In this document: piece after piece, positions 25,132-36,616 of the stretch
Numbering within the stretch: the first letter of the stretch is position 1
Layout of the letters: each line of letters begins with the position of its first letter
Assembly: GCA_013265495.1 (NCBI GenBank)
Contig: MU063252.1
Location: 2,542,001-2,606,000 of the forward strand
Direction: 5' to 3'
DNA length: 64,000 nt
Source of the DNA: Vicugna vicugna
Taxonomy: Eukaryota
Made by a program: the position numbers and the translations under genes
The notes under the pieces: model-generated
Database searches by the model: none
Told to the model about the DNA's origin: nothing
The model's input: only the letters and a program-made list of their open reading frames with translations

Positions 25132-27544
25132 GAGTCACCATCTTGAGCACCAAAATGCCCGGACAGAAGGCCTCAGTGGAGCAGACCATTCCTGCTGCCC
25201 CCTCCCTATCAAGCTGCTTTCTAAAACCTGTGCATCCTCAGAAGCTCTGCTGCAGGTGGTCCCCTTCTTAAAAAGAACCTCTCAAGAACGTGAAACAGGG
25301 AGAAACAAAGCAAAACAAAACTCCCTGTAGACATGATTAAGCAGCATTAATTAAAGACGTCCCCTCTCAGATTAATTGGGGCCCGAGGTCAGGAGTGGCC
25401 ACGGTGGCTCTGGGGAGAAGTGGTTAAGTAGGCCCCCGGCTCAGGCAGGCAGTTAATGATTTCCTTCTCAGTTGATTCCTGGCTTGGGAGCACGGGCTGT
25501 GAAGTGCCCGTTCAGAGCAGCTTGACATGCTAATTAGCCCTTAAGTGATTTCTCAGGGACTTGGAGCTATTTGTGAAGTGGTGGTGGTGGTGTTTTTAAG
25601 TTTAGCTGTTTGAAGCAGTAATTGCATCTGGAAAGCAGAGCCTAGTTGGGGCCACCCTAGGTGAATCCTGAGTTCCTCTTTGGCCCTGCAGGGTCCTCAC
25701 CTGCTGTCTCAGGGTCACTGCTCTGGCTGTCTGGACGTCTCTGTATGCTCAGGAAGGCTGAGAGGAGATAGCCTTGGCAGGAGACGCTTCCCTCTCTCCC
25801 AAGTCCCCTCTCTGGGGGTCCTTTGTGGCCCCAGCAAAACACATTTCTGGTAGGCACGGCCACCTCCTACAGGTGTTTCCATCTGTCACATTTTTTTGGC
25901 AGAGGGTCTAGTATTACGTAGTAGACTAGGCCTACATGAGTGCTTTTGAGGTGCTGAGGGACATGTGGTGGGGCACTGTGAGGCTGCTCCCTGCTTTCCT
26001 TCTTTCAGAGCCTCCCACTAGGTGCCCCCTAGGGCCTTGGCCTCCCTGAGCTCCTGGGCAGGGGCATGGCCGAGAGCAAGCAGCCTGTGTGTGCGTGTGG
26101 CCTGTAGGAAACAGCACCTGGGCTGAGTCTTGCAGGGTGTCAGGTGGGAGGTCCCCGGGGATGCGTACTCTGGTGCTCAGTGCAGTTCCAGGCCCGTGTT
26201 TCCTCCCGCAGTTTTTGGTCTGGGCCATCTAAGCGCTCTTGTCTGTCTACGTGGGCTGGGGAGCGGCCTTGCCGGAAGCCACGCGGGACGCTGACAGCAC
26301 CTGTTGCCCTGGGTAGCTTGAACTGACTGGTATGCAGAGGTCAAGGTCAAGACCACGGATGCCCACAACCACCCGGTTTACCCTAAGCACCTGACTGTAT
26401 GGCTTTTTTTCTTGTTTAGGTTACTCTCTCTCTGAAGAAAGCCCCATTGATCGCAGTTCTTGAAGCCATGGCCACGTGGCAGTAAGGAAAAACAGGACCT
26501 TGGGGTGTTTCTGTTGTTAGAGGCAGAGCATGAGGACCGGTGTCACCCCATGGGCTACAGTGTGTCCTTTTCCTCCATCTGAACTCATACCTGAGTTAAG
26601 CACACTCATGCTTCCAGGGTCTGCGTGAGCCCCCTTGGCTTTGCTCTGCACAAACCCACCTCAGTGTCTCGGCTGTTTATTTGGATGCTTCCTCTGTGCT
26701 TCGAGTCTCCATGTCTGTAGCTGTTCCAGCCTGGTTGTCCCAGGCGGAGTCCATGGACGTCCCAGTGCAGGATGAGGCCTCACATCCCACCTAGCCCTGT
26801 AATCAGTGCCCCCGACTGGCCGAGTCCTGGCCTCAGCTTCCCTAGGGCATGGCCTCTATAGTCCAAGCCTCAGTCCATCTCACACATGTCTTGCTTTCCC
26901 TGGAGTTGTAACCTGCTTGGCTGCATTATTACTTTCTCTACCGAGCATTCTCTGTCCTTCATGTCCAACCCCAAGCTCCCCCCGGTTGTCCCATGGCCTG
27001 TTGTCACTTTCAAGGGTCCAGGAGTCCTGCAGGTTCCACCTGGAGCTGCCCCCCTCCCTCAAAGGTCCTTTTGTTCCTGGGTCTGTAATTCTGCCCTGGT
27101 GCTGAACAGACGACAGCTCTTTGGAGTGTCTTTTTGAGGAGAGGGCTTTGGGAGGTTCAGTTGCCAGATCTTCACACCTGGCAGTGACACTGAATTGGCA
27201 GTTGGCCAAGTCTGGACTTATAGATCGGAAGGAACTTTCCCTCCACTTTGAAGGCCTGGCCCTGGGGAAGTCCCTTGTTGGCTCTGTGCGGATCTGAGTG
27301 GTCACAGGACAGCCTGGCCGGTGCTCTTGGGTGGGCGCGGCAGCCCTTACAGTCTGAAACTCACCTCATCTTCTTCCCGTCCTGGGTGTGGTCATGAAAA
27401 GGCCTCACTGTCCTCCCTCCCGCTTCCTCTGGTTCTGCCCTTGGGGGCTGTGCTCCTACACTGTTCACCATTGTCTTCCCCATTGTTGTTTCTTTTTTTT
27501 TTCCTTCTACTTTTGGGAGATTTCTTCAGCTGCTCCCATCTATC

Positions 27545-28400
27545 TCTTCTTTTGCAATTATTTCTAGTTCCCAGGGTGCAGCCACCACCTCTATCTAGTT
27601 CTAAAGTATTCACCCAGAAATGAAACCCCACATTAGCCATCACTCCCCATCCCCCTCCCCTAGCCTCTGGCAATGACTAATCTGCTTCCTGTCTCGATGG
27701 ATTTGCCCGTTTTGGACATTTCACATAAATAGGATCACACACTATGTGGCCTTCTGTTCTGGCTTTTTTCATTCGATACTATGCTTCCAAGTTTCATCCA
27801 TGTTGTAGCACGTGTCAGAGCTTCATTCCTTCTCACGGCCGGGTAGTGTTCTGTTGTGTGTGGGTGTACCACATTTTGTTCATTCATTTATCTGTTAGTA
27901 GACAATTGGATTGTTTCCAATCTTTTTGTGATTATGAATAGTGCTGCCACGACCACTTGTGGACGAGGACACGCATATAACCGACACAGGTTTTCTCAGT
28001 TCCCTCAAATATATACTGAGGAGTGNNNNNNNNNNNNNNNNNNNNNNNNNNNNNNNNNNNNNNNNNNNNNNNNNNNNNNNNNNNNNNNNNNNNNNNNNNN
28101 NNNNNNNNNNNNNNNNNNNNNNNNNNNNNNNNNNNNNNNNNNNNNNNNNNNNNNNNNNNNNNNNNNNNNNNNNNNNNNNNTTTAATTCTGACCATCCCAG
28201 CAGGTGTGAACTGGTAGCTTATTGTGGTTTTGATTTGTGTTTCCTTGGATGAATAATGACATTGAGCATCTTTTCATGCGCTTATTGGCTATTCATTTAT
28301 CTGTATTGAAGAAGTGGGTATTTAAGTTCTTTGTCTTTCTGAGACTATTAAGGCTGGTGTTTTTCTTGTGGATTTGAAGTTTTCATCCCCTTATAGAGTC
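27545..28400 (-). mobile_element. L1MB/MC-type 3' end fragment; contains gap 28026-28180
   Basis: ggcaatgactaatctgcttcctgtctcgatggatttgcc, aggtgtgaactggtagcttattgtggttttgatttgtgtttcc. Confidence 0.8.
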
Positions 28401-29925
28401 TCTCTTTCCTTTCAAATGCATTTTCCTGTCTGTTTTGGGGTCTGACACTTGTTGCCTGGAAACCCAGGTGCAGCCTTTTCATGACTTTGCTGTAGGCAGC
28501 TCAGCCTGCTCAGGAGGACCACTGAGGTGTCTGAATACCCCATGGGCCCCTCTGTTTCTTCTTCTCCTGAGGCCACATCTCTGTCCATCTCATTGTCTAG
28601 GTGTGGCCTGAGCAGCCTCCTGGCCATCTGGAGAAGGCCTGGGCTCCTTCACTTCTGAACATACTGTGGGCTCCCTTCCCCGCTGCCCTACAGCAGAGCA
28701 GGGCTGGGTGGAGATGGCCTGGCAGGAACTCCTTCGCTGAGGGCCCTGAGGCTCCTACCCCAGGCCCCTGGGCTCTGCCGCTTGGGACTTGGATTTCTTG
28801 GATCCTATAGGTCGGTCACCACTAGCACTTCTGCTTTCATTGTTAAATGTCATTGCTTCCCCTTTGTCTTTTATGCCTTTTTAGTGGGGGCTTGAAAGAG
28901 AGTGGCCTTAAACAGCTGTCCTTGGCCTTTTGTCTTTAACCGTAAGCTCTGGTTGTTTCCAGTGGCTGGATGGCAGACTTGCCCTGCCTGCCCTCGGCCT
29001 CATGGATCAGGCACTTTTCCTGTGGCTCTTCTTAAATTTCAGGCCACTGTGGAGGAGACAGCAGTAGTAGTCTGGGGTGCGGCTGTTGATCCGGGAGGTG
29101 GGCTCTGCTTGTCACTGGTTAAAACAGCACAGACATAGCCCCAGACCTCATCTCAGCTTCCCTACAGGGCAAGGAGGGCCCTCGGCACCATGCACATCTA
29201 CCTGGGCTCCTGGGAGAATCGCAGCCTGGGTGCTGGGAGTGCAAGAAGTGGATCGGAGAGGGCCCCCAAGCCAGGGTGACTGTCCGGGCCTCCATTTGCC
29301 CATCAAGCATTGGGGGTGTCTCTTCCCTCGTCTCTGGCTACATTGTGCTCAGGTCCCTGTGGGGTGGTGGCCACCCCTGCCATCCTCAAAGAGGTGCCAT
29401 GGCCTGGGCTCCCAGGAAGATGGGTGCTGAATCTGGGAGTTCTTCCTACTGCAGGCCAAGTCATCTAGTCTCTTACGCCTTCTCTGTTTCTGCAGTGAGC
29501 ATTATTTGGATGAACAGTTGTTTTTAAGAGTCAGGACTTGCACCCCAGTGCCCCCAGTTCCCCTGGGGACACAGCACGGATCTTGAGTGTCTGCCCAATT
29601 TTACGTGGGTCCCTGGTCTCCATGGTAATGAGAGTCTAGACGAGTGGATGATCATCTGACCCTTCTCTCGGCATAGGACACCCAGTGGGAGAGTACTGGC
29701 AGTGAGGCTGAGGCCTTGGCTGTAGAGTGGCTACAGTGCTCAGACTGCTCTCTGCCTGCCAGGCCCTGGTGTACCTGTCACACTCAGCCTTGCCCTGGTT
29801 CAGCAGGGAGCAGGCTCTCCCCGAATTGCTGGGCCTGAGTGGGACAGCATCGTGTCGATGCAGAGACAGGTGGGCCTCAGTGTGCCCCACGGAGCCCCCC
29901 AACCTACCTTCCTTCTCCTTTGCAG

Positions 29926-30022
29926 GAAGCTGTGCCAGCCACAGAGCACAGGCAGCCTCCCTGGAGACCTTGCTGCCAGCAGCCCTCCAGGCGAGCATGG
30001 GAGCTCAGCCTCACCCCCTCAG
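29926..30022 (+). CDS. ELL: ELL exon 7 (97 nt, KLCQPQSTGSLPGDLAASSPPGEHGSSASPPQ)
   Basis: ctttgcag|G...CAG|gtagga. Confidence 0.93.
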
Positions 30023-30699
30023 GTAGGAGCGGCAGGTGTGGCTGTGACGGCACAGTGGTGGGGAGGGTGGCGGGTCTCACCCCGAGTCCATAGACCTGAC
30101 CTGACCTTGATGCTTGGGGAGCCTGTTGGGCTTCAGCTCAGAGCTGACAAGTTTTCTTGAATGAGTGAGCGGCTGGCTTCCCCTAGGCTGGGATACCTGT
30201 GCGTAGTGTGGCCGAGGGAGGGCTGGCTACTGCAGCACAGAGCCTCGTGCTTTCTCTGTAGGGTGGGCACTCCTGCCTCCCAGGGCTCTTGTAAAGTCAA
30301 GTGTATGGCTGTAGCCGGCTGGTGTCCAGTGGAGCCCCGTGAGCGGTAGCCACTGCCATGTTAGTCAGTAGTCGGGAAGGGCATTCAGGGGGTTCTCATT
30401 GGTGGGGGCTTGATCTTCAGCAAACCCTCCCCTCACTGTTTCTTGAGCTTTTTGGTGAAACCTGTCCCCACTTACCTGTGTGCTCTGACTTGTGAGTCCC
30501 ACGTCTCTGGCCCCTACTTAGCCTGCCCTCTCTTCTCTTCTCCTCTGCCCTGGCGGCACCCAGCCCAGGTCCATGGCCCTGAAGCCTTCCTGTGCATGCT
30601 GTGGCTGTGGGGACATCATGGAGGACAGAAGGCCTCATTTCACTTGTGTCCCCCCTGCTACCCTCGGCCTGGGCCACCTGCTCCAACCTTGCCTCTATT

Positions 30700-30790
30700 C
30701 CTGTGGTCTGGCCTTGCTTCACAGGCTTCACTCCTCTCATCTGTGAAATGGGGATGAGGCCCACACCATGTAACAGGGTTGCCATGGGGA
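30700..30790. mobile_element. MIR fragment
   Basis: ctcctctcatctgtgaaatggggat core. Confidence 0.55.
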
Positions 30791-31239
30791 TCCAGGTAGT
30801 CAGGGCCCTGGAGGTGATGGTCCTGGCCTGTGGAGCTGCCCTGTTTCACTCAGACTTGGCTCTGTCACTGTTTCCCATCGTGTGAGGAAGATGCTGAGCA
30901 CAGTGATGTTTTAGACTAGTTCCCAGAGGTGGCCCTTATGGGCTGGAACCAGGTCCACTGATGACCTGGCCACCCTTCCTCTGTTCTCGTGGCCTTTGGG
31001 CCCAGCTGAGCCTCCTGCAGGCCCGTGTTGCTGAGTGCTGGGCATCCTGGGCCTGGTGGATCTGGCTGGTATTTGTGCGCCCCCGTGTGGTCGCCAAGGG
31101 CCTTGCCTGCGGTCGCTCGGTTTCCTCGGAGCCTGTGGCCTTGCTCAGGATTAGCCTCTAGCTGCCCAGCCTCTCCCCTGGAAACACCAGAAACTCTGGG
31201 CACAGGCGCTCCTTTGAAATGGTCTCTCTTCTTTTTCAG

Positions 31240-31714
31240 AAACGTCCGCAGCCTCCTGATTTCATCGACCCTCTGGCTAACAAGAAACCCAGGGTATCGC
31301 ACTTCACCCAGAGACCTCAGCCTGCAGTCAACGGAAAGCTGAGTGCACCCCACAGCCGTGAGGCCCTGCTGCCCACCCCGGGCCCACTGGCTGGCACGGA
31401 CGCCCACCTGCCCCTGCGGCTGGAGCCCCCACGGGCCCACGACCCTCTGGCCGACGTCAGCAACGACCTGGGCCACAGTGGCCGGGACTGTGAGCGTGGG
31501 GAAGCAGCCACCTCAGCCCATACTGCGTGCCTCAGCCTGCCCCTGCTGACGGACTGTGCCCAGCCCAGCAGGCCCCACGGCAGCTCCTTGCACGGCAAGT
31601 CCAAGAAGAAGAGCAAGAAGCACAAAGACAAGGAGAGGGCAGCTGAGGACAGGCACCGGGCCCGGACCCCAGACCATATGCCAGGTCCCCTTGGAGCCCC
31701 ACCAGTCGCCCCAG
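31240..31714 (+). CDS. ELL: ELL exon 8 (475 nt, KRPQPPDFIDPLANKKPR...lysine-rich KSKKKSKKHKDKER...VAP)
   Basis: tttttcag|AAA...CCAG|gtaggt; matches ORF 31219..31725. Confidence 0.95.
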
Positions 31715-32511
31715 GTAGGTGTTGAGAGGCAGGCCTATGGGCCGGGAACTCTGCCAAAGGGTGTCACTGGGAGCCTAAGTGCTGGCCCTATGTCCACTCT
31801 TACTCCACAGAGTGCTGAGGGGCCACACCATGAGTCCCCACTTTGGCTCATCCTGCACATTAGGCCCCTTTGCACCCAGTGTCCTCACACTGGCTCGTCT
31901 GAATGCCCTGGTGTCGTTGTTCCTGGAGTCTCCTGCAGTCCTGCTGTGTGCCAGGCCAGTTCTCAGGGCCAGGGGCTCAGAGCCTGACAGATGGCTCATG
32001 GTAGGGGACAACACCCAGGGAGAGGAACAAGCTCCAGGCCGCAGCTCTAGCTGCAGGGAGATCTCAGACACTGAGAGGGAGCCGGACAGGGCTGGGACTC
32101 AGGGAAGGCGGTGGGGAACAGGGCCTGGCAGGGAGGAGGGCGGGCAGTCCCTGGATCACCATGGACCTGCTAAGCAAACATTTTAGCCAGTGGAGAAAGG
32201 GTTTGGGAGGCGGGACCACAAGGAGGCGGGGAGACTGTCCATAGAACAGCAGGCGGTAAGAGCCAGAACAAGGTCTTGTAGCCTGTGGGAAACTTCTGGC
32301 AGTTGAGAGACCTGGGATCACAGCAGTGAGATGAGGGGTGCAAGGCTGGTGGGGGCCGTGTGCTGAGCAGGGAAATCTCAGGGGGGGCCTAGGGCACTAG
32401 GGAGGCGCATGGATGGGCAGGGATGGTGGTGGAGGCAGGGTCATTACCCCAGAGCCAGTGCCGCTGAGTTTATAGCCGCAGGCACCTGAGTTGAGCACCC
32501 TTTGTGGCTGC

Positions 32512-32938
32512 TGTCAACCCAGAAAATAATTTATGAGGCTGCAAATAAGAGAATAGTTTATTTGGAGTCTTAAGAATTATGATTTGGGCGACATACAGTC
32601 AGGTAGCCCTGAAAGAGTGTTTCAAGGAAGAGAGTCAGGCTTATAAAGATAAAAAGCCACAAGTTTGTTAAATGTCACCTGGTGAGAATGATGATTGACT
32701 CTGTCACAAGTCGGAAAATATTCTTTCAGGTTAGGGGTCTGAGAAGTCGGCGGGGTGTCACAAGTTTCTGGAATATCACTTCATCAGGTCAGAAGGTCAA
32801 GATTCCATCCAGGCAGAGAAGTACTTAAGTCACATTTCCTTAATGGTCTCCTGGCTCCACTTTAGAGAGTCCTCTTAGGAATACTGACTCCATTTTGATT
32901 TTCTGTTCGTGTGATTTAATCTAATCAACCTGTCAACA
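32512..32938 (-). mobile_element. ERV1-type solo LTR (427 bp) in ELL intron 8, antisense
   Basis: - strand reads TGTTGACAG...GGGTTGACA (TG...CA ends), with AAAATGGAGTC in U3, TATA-like TTTATAA at about 32641-32647 and AATAAA at 32557-32562. AT-rich island in GC-rich DNA; no TSD seen. Confidence 0.7.
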
Positions 32939-34998
32939 GACTTGCAGCCACACCAGCTACGTGGGATTGCGGCTGCAGCTTCAGTCCTGGGGCAGCCTGG
33001 GCCATGTCACCTGCTACAGCTTTTAGTTGGTTTCTTCAGGAGGGTCCCCAGCAGGGGGCATTCTGGATCAAGGGTGGAGCCACTTTCTCCTTAAGGCTTT
33101 TTAGTTTTGTCACTCAGCTGTCCTCCAGAAAGGCTATGCCAGCCCCTCCTTTTGTGTTCCTGGAACTGTGGGGTTGGTCGGGTGGAGACAGACATTTCTG
33201 TTTCTTCAGTCCCCTGGGTTCCCTCAGCCCTGCTGCACACTAGGCTTCCCAGTGCCTGTGGATGGGCTGACAAGGAGAAGGCTGCCTGGTCCCGTGAGCA
33301 AATGCCCCGTCCTCCAGGTCCCGCCCAGGGAGGTAGGCCCTGAGCATCCGGGCAGCACATTCTATCCCAAACAGCAGAAGATCCCACGTGCTCCAGGCAG
33401 GGTTCTGAGAAGGAGGCCTGTGGGGCTGGGCATCAGATGGGGCCAGGAAGATGCCACCTTGGCCGGCCCCACGCACAGGGCTCGGTTGGCTTCAGATCCT
33501 GTCCCGTGTGCATCGGCCCCAGGCTGAAGTGAGAAAGTAAGGTTTAGGGTCAGGCAGACCAGGAAGTAGATGCCCCAAGAAAAAGGAAAAAGACAACTGA
33601 GGCACTGTCAGCCGAGTCTGGCGCCAGGTGATCCATCTTAACCCATGTCACTTGGGCAGCTCGACTGGCACTGATAACAGGTGGGCGTAGAGCCCCTCCC
33701 CACTCCAGGCACCCACCTGACCCCATCACTGCCACTGAGGCCCCTTCCTGGGTGGGGGATATGCGCAGGAAGGAGCCACCCACCTCCCTTTAACAGCGAC
33801 ACTGTTCTCTGCACACTCCCCCAGACTCCTGGAGAGGGGTCTAGGTCAGTACCTGAGGAGGCTTCCTAGCCCTGTGTCCTGTGGGGCAGAGGAACAGGCA
33901 TCAGTTTAACCCACCCTTCTGCATGGCACTGTCCCCCTAGTCTGGCCCTGCTGTCCCAGCCCTGCCTTATGATCGCCTTGACCTTGACAGATGGAGCAGC
34001 CTTCACCTGTCGGGCAGGTGGCTTTGCTCAGCCTACCCATGGCCCCGACTCGAGCCTCTCAAGGGCCCCCTCTGGCCATCTTCATCCCTCTGTGCTGCAG
34101 GCCCACTGCTGGGTTTTATGCCCACCCTTGTACCTGCCCGCGACTCTTGCCCAGGCCATGGACCCCTCTGATGGCCGAAGGGTGCCTTCCTGGGCAGGCT
34201 GGCATGCTGGGTGGGGGACTTGGGCTCAGCCAGGCCGAGCTCAGGCCCACTGACCCCTGTGTGGAGACAGGCACCCACACTTGGGTCCTGCAGGGTGAAC
34301 TCTCAGGCATGTTCTTGCACCCCCCCTGCCCTGGGGAGGCACAGGAGAAGCCAGTGGAGGGGGACAAAGTGGGGCAGGAATCAGCTCAGCTGCTGCAGGG
34401 ATGACAGAGTGATGTGATGGCCTCCTGTAGCCAGTGCTGGTACAGGAGCACATGGGGCTCAGACCCAGGACCAGAGCCCGCAGGGCCTTCGACTCCCATC
34501 AGCAGAGAGGCGTGGGCAGGAGCCAGGGCTTTTCCTGCAGCCACTTGTCTTTGTCATATAGAGCTGGAGACTGGGATGTCCTAGGGACTCGGCCAGGGGT
34601 CACTGGTTTTCAGCTTAGTGACCTTTTCCATGATGTTAGTGGAGGCAGCCAAGGCTCTGGACGGGTCACGCTCTGGACAAGGCTTTGGCCCTGAGATTAA
34701 CCCATCCTTTTGGGTCCTTGCTGAAAAAGTGCCCACGGTGCTGTCTGGCCCTCTGCGCTCTACACGGCTGTGCTTTGGAGACACGCATGCGCATGCCGGC
34801 TCACCACCTCTCCCTTGGGCTGAAGGTACTCCCGGCTCCGGCGGGACCGCCTGAGGTGGCCAGACGGCCCTTGGCAGCGCTCACACCTCCTACTTCCACT
34901 GTGTGGCCTCAGCAATCCCTCCCCATGGCCTGCAGACAGCAGGGCAGGAAACCTGCAAATCTCGCCATGGACTCAAGAGCTGTGTTTGCTCTTTGTAG

Positions 34999-35065
34999 GT
35001 TTAAACGGGACCTGTAGCAGCTCAAGTGTCCCCACGTCCACCTCGGAGACGCCCGACTACTTGCT
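34999..35065 (+). CDS. ELL: ELL exon 9 (67 nt, LNGTCSSSSVPTSTSETPDYL)
   Basis: ctttgtag|GT...CT|gtgagt; phase 1/2 fits the neighbouring exons. Confidence 0.92.
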
Positions 35066-35302
35066 GTGAGTACTTCCCTTGCCGCTGCTCTCACCAGAGG
35101 CTTCAGCCCCTCCCCACCCCTGCACTGCAGGTTAGAGGCACAGCTGACCTGTGTCCCTGTGTGAGTTCCCAACTGCCTGGTCTGTGCCAGGTCAGGGCCG
35201 TTTTCCTGGGTGGGGCCGGCACCCTGGCTGTGGGTATTTCCAGGGTCTCTGCAGCAGTCCCCCTGAGCCCTGCCAGCCCCTCTCTCCTGTCCCCCCCACC
35301 AG

Positions 35303-35474
35303 AAAATATGCCACCATCTCCTCCTCGGAGCAGCGCCAGAGCTACAAGAACGACTTCAACGCCGAGTATAGCGAATACCGAGACCTGCACGCCCGCATCG
35401 AGCAGATCACGCGGCGCTTCACACAGCTCGACGCCCAGCTCCGGCAGCTCTCCCAGGGCTCTGAGGAGTACGAG
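35303..35474 (+). CDS. ELL: ELL exon 10 (172 nt, KYATISSSEQRQSYKNDFNAEYSEYRDLHARIEQITRRFTQLDAQLRQLSQGSEEYE; occludin/ELL domain)
   Basis: cccaccag|A...GAG|gtagcg. Confidence 0.95.
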
Positions 35475-36571
35475 GTAGCGGTGGAACCCCTGCTCACGGC
35501 CCTCTGCCCCTGCCATCAGATGGCTCTGCCGGATGCTGGCATCCTTGGACACATTCCGTCGTAGTCCCTGTTTCCCACTCTGTGTGATGGTGGCCTGTCC
35601 CTTGGACTCGACCTCCCCAGCAGTGACGCGGGTCGTGACCGACTCCACGGGGGGGGTGACCTTTGGGGGCAGGAGTGGTGTTCCAAGCAGCAGAGATGGC
35701 CGGGGAACAGTAGGCTGAGGTGTATGGGTCCACCTCCAAGAGCACCTGGGGTCCTCTCTGCAGCCCGCTAACCTGCATCACAGGAGAATCCTTGGCTCCC
35801 AGGAGGAAGAACAGGGCCAGGCCGCGTCCCCTGGCCCATCAGTGCTGTTACAGCCATAGGGGAATGTGGGAGGGAATGGAGGGTCCCTGTGGTCCCCCCA
35901 CCCCCAACCCTTTCCTCTGGCCTTGGGCACATGGGCTCCTCAAGCCATGCCATCCCATGTGGGAGCTCACTGCAGGGGGCTTAGTCACTATCCCTGGGAC
36001 ACCAGCCTCCTCCTTGTACCACCCTTCAGAGCTGATTACCTGCCTGCAGGGCCAGCACTGAGTAGTCAGGGTATCAGGGTCTGTCTCCCCTGGTGGAGGC
36101 TACTTTGATTTCCAGAGGAGATGGCTTGTGATTGGAGGCGTAATGGGTTTTAAAGGGCCTAAGGCAAGCCCCCAGACACTCCCCAGCATTCCCCTGTGCC
36201 CTGAGGTGGTCAGGGGGCCTCTGTGCTTGCCCTTGAACTTTGGACAGGCCAGCTGGGTGGGAGGGAAGGAGGCCATCCTGCCTGCTCTTTGCCTCCTTCC
36301 GTGGCTCTGACCAGCCTGTCCCTCCCACCGTGTGGCCTCGTGCTTGTCCCTGAGGCTGGGCCCTGCCCCTCGCTCCCCGGGTCCAGCTTCCTCCCCCTGC
36401 CCTGTTCATCCCCCAGCTGCCCCTCCCCTGTACTGCCTCACGCCATCACGCCATGCTGAGGCCATTGTCCCTGAGCAGGCACAGGTCACAGGTTATCGGG
36501 GAGAAGGGGCCACTCATTTGGGGTGTCTTGCAGGTAAAGTATTGTTCGCTTTCTCTTTTGTTTTTCTCCAG

Positions 36572-36616
36572 ACTACTCGTGGGCAGATTTTGCAGGAATA
36601 TAGAAAAATCAAAAAG
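36572..36616 (+). CDS. ELL: ELL exon 11 (45 nt, TTRGQILQEYRKIKK)
   Basis: tttttctccag|ACT...AAG|gtgagt. Confidence 0.95.
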
